Part shown: positions 1 to 16,240 of the stretch, piece after piece | How the letters are laid out: each line of letters starts with the position of its first letter | How positions within the stretch are numbered: the first letter of the stretch is position 1 | Assembly (NCBI RefSeq): GCF_003334315.1 | Contig: NZ_QOWR01000003.1 | DNA length: 64,000 nt | Strand: one strand, 5' to 3' | Origin: Escherichia coli | GTDB taxonomy: Bacteria; Pseudomonadota; Gammaproteobacteria; Enterobacterales; Enterobacteriaceae | Notes under the pieces: model-generated | The model's database searches: none | Told to the model about the DNA's origin: nothing | The model's input: the letters and a program-made list of their open reading frames with translations, nothing else | Translations under genes and position numbers: made by a program

Positions 1-350
1 AGATACTCCGCCTTCGCAGAAAAGTGTTCGCCATTGTCAGAGAGCGCAGAAATACGCGCGCGCTGTAACCCCTCGACCAGCACTTTGACGGTGCCGTCAG
101 GCAGCTTCAGCATCTGCAATATAGAGGCCACGGTCCCGACGGTGAAAAGATCGTTTACACCCGGCTCATCCGTTGAAGCTTCTTTCTGCGCGACCAGCAT
201 AATTTTTTTATCATGGTCCATCGCCGCTTCCAGACAACGGATAGATTTTTCCCGCCCGACAAATAAGGGGATGACCATGTGCGGATAAACCACCACATCG
301 CGCAGCGGCAATACGGGGATTTCAATGCGTTCAGAACGCTCAGGATTCAT
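1..350 (-). CDS. lon: Lon protease, N-terminal part only (gene continues past window start)
   Basis: Minus-strand frame open from window edge to ATG at 348-350; encoded N-terminus MNPERSERIEIPVLPLRDVVVYPHM is the Lon N-terminus; sits directly after clpX as in the clpP-clpX-lon cluster. Confidence 0.92.
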   Translation of the reverse strand, partial: MNPERSERIEIPVLPLRDVVVYPHMVIPLFVGREKSIRCLEAAMDHDKKIMLVAQKEASTDEPGVNDLFTVGTVASILQMLKLPDGTVKVLVEGLQRARISALSDNGEHFSAKAEY

Positions 351-433
351 AGAGCTCTCTCTTAGTTTAATTTCCGCCAGGTAATCAGATGACACGATTG
401 TGCTTCACGCCATCTATTAACATGTACGTCAGT

Positions 434-462
434 ATATGGGGATGTTTCCCCCACATTCAACG
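434..462 (-). promoter_or_regulatory. Heat-shock (sigma-32) promoter of lon
   Basis: Minus strand reads GTTGAAT-N13-CCCCATAT, matching the sigma-32 consensus CTTGAAA / CCCCATNT, about 90 nt upstream of the lon ATG. Confidence 0.6.
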
Positions 463-477
463 CCGAGAATAGAGGAA

Positions 478-510
478 AAATTAAAGGGGAGATAAAATCC
501 CCCCTTTTTG
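478..510 (-). terminator. Intrinsic terminator after clpX
   Basis: GC-rich hairpin (GGGGAGAT/ATCTCCCC arms) followed by a T-rich tract on the minus strand, about 30 nt past the clpX stop. Confidence 0.55.
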
Positions 511-537
511 GTTAACTAATTGTATGGGAATGGTTAA

Positions 538-1812
538 TTATTCACCAGATGCCTGTTGCGCTTCCGGCTTGCCATAAATCAGCAACGGTTTGCTTTGACC
601 ATCAATTACCGACTCGTCTATAACCACTTTTTCGACATCTTCCATGGACGGCAGATCGTACATGGTATCGAGCAGTGCGGCTTCTACGATGGAACGCAGG
701 CCACGGGCACCGGTTTTACGCGCCATCGCTTTCTTAGCGATAGCATCCAGCGCCTCGTCACGGAATTCCAGATCCACGCCTTCCAGATTAAACAGCGCCT
801 GATACTGCTTGGTCAGGGCGTTTTTCGGCTCTTTGAGGATCTGAATCAGAGCTTCTTCGCTCAGTTCATTCAACGTTGCGACAACCGGCAGACGACCAAT
901 GAACTCAGGGATCAGACCAAACTTGATTAGATCTTCCGGTTCAACCTGCGCCAGCAGCTCGCCTTCGCTTGCTTTGTCGGACTTCGCTTTTACCGTCGCG
1001 CCAAAACCAATGCCGGAGCCGGTTTCTACACGGTGGGAAATCACTTTATCCAGACCGGCAAACGCACCGCCACAAATAAACAGGATCTTAGAGGTATCAA
1101 CCTGCAAGAATTCCTGCTGCGGATGTTTACGCCCACCTTGCGGTGGAACAGCAGCTACCGTACCTTCGATCAGTTTCAACAGTGCCTGCTGTACGCCTTC
1201 ACCGGAAACGTCTCGGGTAATGGACGGGTTGTCTGACTTACGAGAAATCTTGTCGATTTCATCGATGTAGACAATACCACGCTGTGCTTTCTGGACATCG
1301 TAGTCGCATTTCTGCAACAGCTTCTGAATGATGTTTTCAACGTCTTCACCCACATAACCGGCTTCGGTCAGTGTAGTCGCGTCGGCCATGGTGAACGGAA
1401 CATCCAGCAGGCGCGCCAGCGTTTCAGCCAGCAGCGTTTTACCGGAACCGGTCGGACCGATCAGCAGAATGTTACTTTTGCCCAACTCGACGCCATTGCT
1501 GGTATCGCCGTTGCGCAGACGTTTGTAATGGTTGTATACCGCGACCGCCAGCACTTTTTTCGCCTGTTCCTGGCCGATAACGTAATCGTCCAGGTGGTTG
1601 CGAATTTCATGCGGCGTCGGTAGCGCACTGCGTTCACGATGCGGTGCAACTTCTTTAATCTCTTCGCGAATGATGTCGTTACATAAATCAACACATTCGT
1701 CGCAGATATACACGGATGGACCGGCAATCAGCTTGCGCACTTCATGCTGGCTTTTGCCGCAAAAAGAGCAATACAGCAATTTGCCTGAGCCATCTTTGCG
1801 TTTATCTGTCAT
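538..1812 (-). CDS. clpX: ATP-dependent Clp protease ATP-binding subunit ClpX
   Basis: 424-aa ORF; N-terminal C4 zinc motif (CSFCGK...CDEC), Walker A GPTGSGKT; expected length and position next to clpP. Confidence 0.97.
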
Positions 1813-1937
1813 GGGTCAAAACCTCTTCTTTGTTCTTTGTGCCGCACACGACGACGCAAATGCCATTCTCAGGCGCAAGCCGCTTACAGCGTTGTGCCGC
1901 CCTGGATAAGTATAGCGGCACAGTTGCGCCTCTGGCA

Positions 1938-2561
1938 TCAATTACGATGGGTCAGAATCGAATCGACCAGACCGTATTCCACCGCTTCAGGGGCGGAAAG
2001 GAAGCGATCGCGCTCGGTATCACGTTCAATCTGTTCTAATGATTGACCCGTATGAAGCGCCATAAGTTCATTCATGCGCCCTTTAACTTTCAGAATTTCA
2101 CGGGCATGAATTTCGATATCGGTCGCCTGGCCCTGGTAGCCGCCCAACGGTTGGTGAATCATCACGCGCGAATTCGGCAGGCAAAAACGTTTACCTTTTG
2201 CCCCTGCGGTCAGCAAGAAAGCGCCCATCGAGGCCGCCTGGCCCATACAGATGGTGCTGACATCAGGCTTGATAAACTGCATGGTGTCATAGATAGACAT
2301 CCCGGCAGTGATCACCCCGCCTGGGGAGTTAATGTACAGATAGATATCTTTTTCTGGGTTTTCCGCTTCCAGGAACAGCATCTGCGCCACAATCAGGTTA
2401 GCCATGTGGTCTTCAACCTGGCCAGTCAGAAAAATGACGCGTTCCTTAAGTAGACGAGAATAGATATCAAAAGAGCGCTCACCGCGTGAGGTCTGTTCAA
2501 TGACCATCGGCACCAGCGCCATATGGGGTGCAAAGTTATCTCGTTCGCCGCTGTATGACAT
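1938..2561 (-). CDS. clpP: ATP-dependent Clp protease proteolytic subunit ClpP
   Basis: 207-aa ORF with serine-protease active-site context GQAASMGA; upstream of clpX. Confidence 0.97.
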   Translation of the reverse strand: MSYSGERDNFAPHMALVPMVIEQTSRGERSFDIYSRLLKERVIFLTGQVEDHMANLIVAQMLFLEAENPEKDIYLYINSPGGVITAGMSIYDTMQFIKPDVSTICMGQAASMGAFLLTAGAKGKRFCLPNSRVMIHQPLGGYQGQATDIEIHAREILKVKGRMNELMALHTGQSLEQIERDTERDRFLSAPEAVEYGLVDSILTHRN

Positions 2562-2640
2562 TTCCGTCTCCTGGATAAAATTGAAAAAACCTGCTGTACC
2601 GATTGTAACCTTATGGACGGATTATCAGCTAGTCCCTGTG

Positions 2641-2670
2641 TTATGGGTACGGCATCACCATATTTCAAGC
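2641..2670 (-). promoter_or_regulatory. Probable sigma-32 promoter of clpP
   Basis: Minus strand reads CTTGAAA-N14-CCCATAAC, about 80 nt upstream of clpP start. Confidence 0.45.
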
Positions 2671-2740
2671 ATAACAATCTTTTGTTGTTACGCTAACACC
2701 GAAAGAGGCTTTTCGCACGGTTCCATGCAAAATTCATGAC

Positions 2741-2772
2741 AAAAAAAAGCCCACCACCTGGCGGTGACGGGC
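2741..2772 (-). terminator. Intrinsic terminator after tig
   Basis: Hairpin GCCCGTCACC/GGTGGTGGGC followed by T8 on the minus strand, about 35 nt past the tig stop. Confidence 0.75.
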
Positions 2773-2806
2773 CTTTGTGCGAATTTAGCGCGTTATGCTG
2801 CGTAAA

Positions 2807-4114
<1,308 letters not shown>

Positions 4115-4359
4115 TCAAAAAATCACAGTGCTCGGTCAACTCTTACCCCGCAAGCACAGGTTGTTGGCTTCGCGGAACCGGGATGTTCTTATAATCAATC
4201 ACATTCCCTGTTACCAGAATCATCCCGAAAGCATTCAAATAGGACGCGGCATTATAGCGGCATCACTTTTATGAGTCGAGAACGGTTATTGCGCGCTGTC
4301 GCGTATTTTTTCACAATTCCCGGGCAATTTTCGTCTGAATGCTGGGCAAAAAGCGCAAA

Positions 4360-4392
4360 ATCCAGACAAAACAAAACGGCCCGCAGGCCGTT
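4360..4392 (-). terminator. Intrinsic terminator after bolA (hairpin is symmetric, T-tracts on both strands)
   Basis: AACGGCC-CGCA-GGCCGTT hairpin flanked by T/A runs, about 60 nt past the bolA stop. Confidence 0.6.
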
Positions 4393-4448
4393 TTTCATAA
4401 AATCTTTAGCAACATACTGGAAAAGCGCCGACAGTTGCAAATGCGTTT

Positions 4449-4766
4449 TTACGCGATGCTTCCTGCTCCACGACAGGGAGGAGAGGCAAAGACGGTGTCC
4501 TGCAACCCTTCCCACTCCTTAATAGTGTAAGTATGCAGAGCCAGCGCATGAACGGTAGTAGAGAGTTCCTCCGCTAAAGTACTGTAAATCATTCGATGAC
4601 GATTCAGAAAACGTTCACCCGTAAAACGATCGCTGACCAGCACAACTTTAAAATGGCTTTCAGAGCCGGCTGGGACATTGTGACGATAGCTTTCATCCAC
4701 TACTTCGAGGAATACGGGTTGGAACGCCGCCCTTAATTTTTCTTCTATCCGCTCACGTATCATCAT
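4449..4766 (-). CDS. bolA: Transcriptional regulator BolA
   Basis: 105-aa protein [17 protein letters not shown]... starting at an ATG preceded by AGGAG; the ORF track extends 11 codons further upstream, which I take to be non-coding. Confidence 0.9.
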
Positions 4767-5070
4767 GAAATATCTCCTCCGACAACGCTGAGATGTCATC
4801 CATCCCTTTAAATACTAGCCGCTTTTACCGTTTCCATTGCAGCTTAACAACAAATATTTAGGTTTCGTCCTGGTTTTTCCGTCAAGCGTATGAAGTTTAC
4901 TGATTTAAAGATTGAAACACAGGCCTCGCATCAGTGTTTCTTTTACCAGGGGCGATTATTTCGTCAACATGATGAATTTACATGCCTTACCCACTTCCCC
5001 TCGCCGTTGGCAATGTTATGATGGCGGGAATTTTTACCAAACACGCTTAAGAGTCTCTGAGAGCCCGAAC

Positions 5071-5649
5071 ATGTTCAAAAAAATCCTCTTCCCGTTAGTT
5101 GCTCTGTTTATGCTTGCAGGATGCGCAAAACCGCCAACAACTATTGAAGTTTCCCCGACGATTACACTGCCACAGCAGGATCCAAGCCTGATGGGCGTCA
5201 CCGTAAGCATTAATGGTGCCGATCAGCGTACCGATCAGGCGCTGGCAAAAGTCACCCGCGATAATCAAATCGTTACCCTGACCGCCTCCCGCGATCTGCG
5301 TTTCCTGCTGCAAGAAGTGCTGGAAAAACAGATGACCGCGCGTGGTTACATGGTTGGTCCGAATGGCCCGGTTAATCTGCAAATCATCGTTAGCCAACTG
5401 TATGCTGACGTGTCCCAGGGCAACGTGCGCTACAACATCGCGACCAAAGCGGATATCGCCATCATCGCTACCGCGCAGAATGGCAACAAAATGACCAAAA
5501 ACTATCGTGCCAGCTACAACGTTGAAGGTGCGTTCCAGGCCTCCAACAAAAATATCGCCGATGCGGTTAACAGTGTGCTGACCGATACCATCGCTGATAT
5601 GTCTCAGGACACCAGCATCCACGAATTCATCAAGCAGAACGCGCGTTAA
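5071..5649 (+). CDS. yajG: Lipoprotein YajG
   Basis: 192-aa product from ATG at 5071; signal peptide with lipobox LAGC; upstream ORF extension lacks support. Confidence 0.85.
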   Translation: MFKKILFPLVALFMLAGCAKPPTTIEVSPTITLPQQDPSLMGVTVSINGADQRTDQALAKVTRDNQIVTLTASRDLRFLLQEVLEKQMTARGYMVGPNGPVNLQIIVSQLYADVSQGNVRYNIATKADIAIIATAQNGNKMTKNYRASYNVEGAFQASNKNIADAVNSVLTDTIADMSQDTSIHEFIKQNAR

Positions 5650-5692
5650 TTTCTGCCCTCTGGCCCGGTGCAAGCCGGGCCTGTAGACGCCC

Positions 5693-7168
5693 ATGTCCAG
5701 TCAATATTTACGTATTTTTCAACAGCCGCGTTCAGCCATATTGCTGATCCTGGGTTTTGCTTCCGGGCTACCGCTCGCCCTGACATCCGGTACCTTACAG
5801 GCCTGGATGACGGTCGAGAATATTGATCTCAAAACCATTGGTTTCTTCTCTCTGGTAGGCCAGGCTTACGTTTTTAAATTCCTCTGGTCACCGCTGATGG
5901 ACCGCTACACGCCTCCATTTTTTGGGCGGCGACGCGGTTGGCTGCTCGCCACGCAAATCCTGTTATTAGTCGCCATTGCGGCGATGGGTTTTCTCGAACC
6001 AGGCACCCAACTCCGCTGGATGGCGGCGCTGGCGGTGGTGATCGCTTTTTGCTCTGCCTCCCAGGATATTGTCTTCGATGCGTGGAAAACCGATGTGCTC
6101 CCGGCAGAAGAACGTGGTGCGGGCGCGGCAATCAGCGTTCTGGGTTACCGTTTAGGGATGCTGGTTTCCGGCGGCCTAGCCCTGTGGCTGGCAGATAAAT
6201 GGCTGGGCTGGCAGGGCATGTACTGGTTGATGGCGGCGCTGTTGATCCCCTGTATTATCGCGACGTTGCTTGCACCAGAACCGACCGACACCATTCCTGT
6301 GCCAAAAACGCTGGAACAAGCGGTTGTTGCACCTCTGCGAGATTTCTTTGGTCGCAATAATGCCTGGCTTATTTTGCTTCTTATCGTGCTGTATAAGCTG
6401 GGCGACGCATTCGCCATGAGCCTGACAACCACGTTTTTGATTCGCGGCGTCGGGTTTGATGCGGGTGAAGTAGGCGTGGTTAACAAAACGCTTGGCTTAC
6501 TAGCGACCATTGTTGGCGCATTGTACGGTGGGATTTTGATGCAGCGCCTGTCACTGTTCCGGGCACTGCTGATTTTCGGCATTTTACAAGGTGCGTCTAA
6601 CGCCGGTTACTGGCTGCTGTCGATTACTGATAAGCATCTCTACAGCATGGGCGCAGCCGTCTTTTTCGAAAACCTCTGTGGCGGGATGGGCACATCAGCC
6701 TTTGTCGCGCTGTTAATGACGCTATGTAATAAGTCATTTTCCGCTACTCAATTTGCCCTGCTCTCAGCGCTTTCTGCTGTAGGGCGAGTTTATGTCGGCC
6801 CCGTGGCGGGTTGGTTTGTTGAAGCACACGGCTGGTCGACATTCTATCTATTCTCCGTCGCCGCTGCCGTACCAGGGCTTATTTTGCTGCTGGTTTGCCG
6901 CCAGACGCTTGAATATACACGAGTAAATGACAACTTTATCTCCCGTACCGCATATCCGGCAGGTTATGCCTTTGCCATGTGGACACTGGCGGCGGGCGTC
7001 AGCCTGTTGGCCGTGTGGTTACTGCTATTGACGATGGACGCGCTGGATTTGACGCACTTCTCTTTCCTGCCTGCTCTGCTGGAAGTCGGGGTTTTAGTCG
7101 CCCTTTCTGGCGTCGTGCTTGGTGGTTTGCTGGATTATCTGGCGCTACGAAAAACGCATCTGACGTAA
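5693..7168 (+). CDS. ampG: Muropeptide permease AmpG (MFS transporter)
   Basis: 491-aa polytopic membrane protein; length and sequence fit AmpG; immediately after yajG. Confidence 0.95.
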   Translation: MSSQYLRIFQQPRSAILLILGFASGLPLALTSGTLQAWMTVENIDLKTIGFFSLVGQAYVFKFLWSPLMDRYTPPFFGRRRGWLLATQILLLVAIAAMGFLEPGTQLRWMAALAVVIAFCSASQDIVFDAWKTDVLPAEERGAGAAISVLGYRLGMLVSGGLALWLADKWLGWQGMYWLMAALLIPCIIATLLAPEPTDTIPVPKTLEQAVVAPLRDFFGRNNAWLILLLIVLYKLGDAFAMSLTTTFLIRGVGFDAGEVGVVNKTLGLLATIVGALYGGILMQRLSLFRALLIFGILQGASNAGYWLLSITDKHLYSMGAAVFFENLCGGMGTSAFVALLMTLCNKSFSATQFALLSALSAVGRVYVGPVAGWFVEAHGWSTFYLFSVAAAVPGLILLLVCRQTLEYTRVNDNFISRTAYPAGYAFAMWTLAAGVSLLAVWLLLLTMDALDLTHFSFLPALLEVGVLVALSGVVLGGLLDYLALRKTHLT

Positions 7169-7624
7169 TCTGTAAATATTATTTAGCTGTAGTAATCACT
7201 CGCCGTAATTATTACGGCTAAATAAACATCAGTATCGCTTATTAATATTTGTTCTTTTGTGCGGCTTAGCGTTTGGAAATTATTGGCGCCATTTATAAAT
7301 TCTATTTTTCTTACACGATTCAGCTAATGAGTCTTTATTTTCTCATCACCCAGTTGTCACTCTAATGATAATTATTTGTTAAATAATTGTTTTATTTCAC
7401 ATTGGTTATACCAATTGCCCGCCCAGACTCCTTCAGCACTCCCCTTTTGTTATAACGCCCTTTTGCAACAGCTTCTTAAAATCAACCTGATATGTTTTGC
7501 AACATATGTGACCTGGCAGCCAAATCCAAGTAACAGGAATTTAATCATGTTTACAGTAATGTAACCTTCCCGTAAAATGCCCACACACTTTAAACGCCAC
7601 CAGATCCCGTGGAATTGAGGTCGT

Positions 7625-8575
<951 letters not shown>

Positions 8576-8584
8576 AGGGGTTGA

Positions 8585-11521
<2,937 letters not shown>

Positions 11522-11532
11522 GAGCGGCGGTT

Positions 11533-12423
11533 ATGATGTTTAAGCAATACCTGCAAGTAACGAAACCAGGCATCATCTTTGGCAACCTGATCTCGGTGAT
11601 TGGGGGATTCCTGCTGGCCTCAAAGGGCAGCATTGATTATCCCCTGTTTATCTACACGCTGGTTGGGGTGTCACTGGTTGTGGCGTCGGGTTGTGTGTTT
11701 AACAACTACATCGACAGGGATATCGACAGAAAGATGGAAAGGACGAAGAATCGGGTGCTGGTGAAAGGCCTGATCTCTCCTGCTGTCTCGCTGGTGTACG
11801 CCACGTTGCTGGGTATTGCTGGCTTTATGCTGCTGTGGTTTGGCGCGAATCCGCTGGCCTGCTGGCTGGGGGTGATGGGCTTTGTGGTTTATGTCGGCGT
11901 TTATAGCCTGTACATGAAACGCCACTCTGTCTACGGCACGTTGATTGGTTCGCTCTCCGGCGCTGCGCCGCCGGTGATCGGCTACTGTGCGGTAACCGGT
12001 GAGTTCGATAGCGGCGCAGCGATCCTGCTGGCTATCTTCAGCCTGTGGCAGATGCCTCACTCCTATGCCATCGCCATTTTCCGCTTTAAGGATTACCAGG
12101 CGGCAAACATTCCGGTATTGCCAGTGGTAAAAGGCATTTCGGTGGCGAAGAATCACATCACGCTGTATATCATCGCCTTTGCCGTTGCCACGCTGATGCT
12201 CTCTCTTGGCGGTTACGCTGGGTATAAATATCTGGTGGTCGCCGCGGCGGTTAGCGTCTGGTGGTTAGGTATGGCTCTGCGCGGTTATAAAGTTGCTGAT
12301 GACAGAATCTGGGCGCGCAAGCTGTTCGGCTTCTCTATCATCGCCATCACTGCCCTCTCGGTGATGATGTCCGTTGATTTTATGGTACCGGACTCGCATA
12401 CGCTGCTGGCTGCTGTGTGGTAA
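11533..12423 (+). CDS. cyoE: Heme O synthase (protoheme IX farnesyltransferase)
   Basis: 296-aa product [18 protein letters not shown]... from ATG at 11533; UbiA-family membrane prenyltransferase; last gene of cyo cluster. Confidence 0.94.
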
Positions 12424-12440
12424 CAAAACCTCTCTATTAA

Positions 12441-12466
12441 AAAGGTGCTACGGCACCTTTTTTCTT
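12441..12466 (+). terminator. Intrinsic terminator after cyoE
   Basis: AAGGTGC-TACG-GCACCTT hairpin followed by TTTTTT, 18 nt past the cyoE stop. Confidence 0.8.
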
Positions 12467-12571
12467 AGCATTAGAAACATATCCCTCTCGAAATATTTAC
12501 TAAAAAATCCGCATGTTTACCCCATTCGTTTGCCGCTTTACACTAGTCGCGAATTTAAAACAGAGGTGGTA

Positions 12572-13936
12572 ATGAACGATTATAAAATGACGCCAGGTGA
12601 GAGGCGCGCGACCTGGGGTTTAGGGACCGTATTCTCGTTGCGCATGCTGGGCATGTTTATGGTTCTGCCGGTTCTGACCACGTACGGCATGGCTCTGCAA
12701 GGTGCCAGCGAAGCATTAATCGGTATTGCCATTGGTATTTATGGTCTGACTCAGGCCGTTTTTCAGATTCCGTTTGGCCTGCTTTCCGACCGCATTGGTC
12801 GCAAACCATTAATTGTCGGTGGGCTGGCGGTGTTTGCCGCCGGTAGCGTTATCGCTGCGCTTTCCGACTCCATCTGGGGAATTATTCTGGGCCGGGCGCT
12901 ACAAGGCTCTGGAGCAATTGCCGCCGCCGTTATGGCGCTGCTTTCCGATCTCACGCGCGAACAAAACCGCACCAAAGCGATGGCGTTTATCGGCGTGAGC
13001 TTTGGCATTACCTTTGCCATTGCGATGGTGCTTGGCCCGATCATCACTCACAAACTTGGGCTGCACGCGCTGTTCTGGATGATCGCTATTCTGGCAACGA
13101 CCGGCATTGCGTTGACCATTTGGGTTGTGCCCAACAGTAGCACTCACGTACTTAATCGTGAGTCCGGAATGGTGAAAGGCAGTTTCAGTAAAGTGCTGGC
13201 GGAACCGCGGCTGCTGAAACTCAACTTTGGCATTATGTGTCTGCATATTTTGCTGATGTCGACGTTTGTTGCCCTGCCCGGACAACTGGCTGATGCAGGG
13301 TTCCCGGCGGCTGAACACTGGAAGGTCTATCTGGCGACAATGCTAATCGCCTTTGGCTCGGTCGTGCCTTTCATTATCTACGCTGAAGTTAAGCGCAAAA
13401 TGAAGCAAGTCTTTGTCTTCTGCGTCGGGTTGATCGTGGTTGCGGAAATTGTGTTGTGGAACGCGCAAACGCAGTTCTGGCAACTGGTGGTCGGCGTGCA
13501 GCTTTTCTTTGTGGCGTTTAATTTGATGGAAGCCCTCCTGCCCTCACTTATCAGTAAAGAGTCGCCAGCAGGTTACAAAGGTACGGCGATGGGTGTTTAC
13601 TCCACCAGCCAGTTTCTTGGCGTGGCGATTGGCGGTTCGCTGGGCGGCTGGATTAACGGCATGTTTGACGGTCAGGGGGTATTTCTCGCTGGCGCAATGC
13701 TGGCCGCAGTGTGGCTGACAGTCGCCAGTACCATGAAAGAACCGCCGTATGTCAGCAGTTTGCGCATTGAAATCCCGGCGAACATTGCCGCAAACGAGGC
13801 GTTAAAAGTGCGTTTGCTAGAAACTGAAGGCATCAAAGAAGTGTTGATTGCAGAAGAAGAACATTCAGCTTATGTGAAAATCGACAGCAAAGTGACGAAT
13901 CGCTTTGAGATAGAACAGGCAATTCGTCAGGCATAA
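12572..13936 (+). CDS. yajR: MFS transporter YajR
   Basis: 454-aa product MNDYKMTPGERRATWGLGTVF... from ATG at 12572 with GAGGTGG SD; ORF track start further upstream rejected. Confidence 0.9.
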   Translation: MNDYKMTPGERRATWGLGTVFSLRMLGMFMVLPVLTTYGMALQGASEALIGIAIGIYGLTQAVFQIPFGLLSDRIGRKPLIVGGLAVFAAGSVIAALSDSIWGIILGRALQGSGAIAAAVMALLSDLTREQNRTKAMAFIGVSFGITFAIAMVLGPIITHKLGLHALFWMIAILATTGIALTIWVVPNSSTHVLNRESGMVKGSFSKVLAEPRLLKLNFGIMCLHILLMSTFVALPGQLADAGFPAAEHWKVYLATMLIAFGSVVPFIIYAEVKRKMKQVFVFCVGLIVVAEIVLWNAQTQFWQLVVGVQLFFVAFNLMEALLPSLISKESPAGYKGTAMGVYSTSQFLGVAIGGSLGGWINGMFDGQGVFLAGAMLAAVWLTVASTMKEPPYVSSLRIEIPANIAANEALKVRLLETEGIKEVLIAEEEHSAYVKIDSKVTNRFEIEQAIRQA

Positions 13937-13944
13937 AAAACGCG

Positions 13945-14041
13945 GCGAATTGCCTGCTGCGCTACGCTTATCAGGCCTACAAAGTTTCTGAATTACAAAC
14001 CTTTGTAGGCCGAATCAGGCGTTCATGCCGCATCTGACATG
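13945..14041. repeat. BIME: two REP elements in inverted orientation
   Basis: GCCTGCTGCGCTACGCTTATCAGGCCTAC and GTAGGCCGAATCAGGCGTTCATGCCGCATCTGACATG between the convergent yajR and yajQ ends. Confidence 0.8.
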
Positions 14042-14063
14042 AACAAAACGCACATAGTCGCGA

Positions 14064-14555
14064 TTAATCGCGGAAGTTTTTGAACTGGAACGGCTGACCG
14101 AGATCGCCACCACGTACCATCGCCATGACAGCCTGCAAATCATCACGAGATTTGCCCGTTACGCGGATTTCATCGCCCTGAATTTGCGCCTGCACTTTCA
14201 GTTTGCTGTCTTTGATCATCTTGACGATTTTCTTCTGGGTCGCGCTCTCAATGCCCTGTTTCAGTTTCGCTTCCACAAACCAGGTTTTACCGCTATGAAC
14301 GATATTCTCCGGTACATCCAGCGAACTGCCTTCAATGCCGCGCTTCAGCAGCTTGGCACGCAGAATATCCAGCAACTGATTGACCTGGAAATCGGACTCG
14401 CTCAACACTTTGATGGTTTTGCTGGCGTCGTTCAGCTCAAATGAGGCTTCAACGTTACGGAAGTCAAAACGGGACTCCACTTCGCGGCTCGCGTTATCGA
14501 CCGCGTTACGTGCTTCCTGAAGATCAACTTCAGAGACAATATCGAAAGATGGCAT
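14064..14555 (-). CDS. yajQ: Nucleotide-binding protein YajQ (UPF0234)
   Basis: 163-aa product [22 protein letters not shown]... from ATG (rc of 14553-14555) with GGAGAGG SD; ORF track extension rejected. Confidence 0.9.
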
Positions 14556-14722
14556 CTTTTCCTCTCCCTTCATTTTTGATGCGAAGCATAATACCCGCAA
14601 AGTTAAATAACCGACAGTCCTGCACCAGGACGTATCCCTTAATTGTGCATAGTCGCAACAGCATGCACAATTAAGGGATAGCCTTATTGAACACCCGGAG
14701 TGGTTGCGGGTGAGGAGGAACA

Positions 14723-16187
<1,465 letters not shown>

Positions 16188-16190
16188 TGT

Positions 16191-16228
16191 CGGATGCGGC
16201 AAACGTCGCATCTGACCAGATGCGACGT
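16191..16228. repeat. REP-like palindrome (12-bp perfect stem)
   Basis: CGGATGCGGC...ACGTCGCATCTG-AC-CAGATGCGACGT between the convergent 3' ends of yajL and thiI. Confidence 0.6.
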
Positions 16229-16240
16229 AAAAACCACAAA

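Noticed and set aside
5095-5694. 199-codon minus-strand ORF
   Set aside because: Antisense to yajG.
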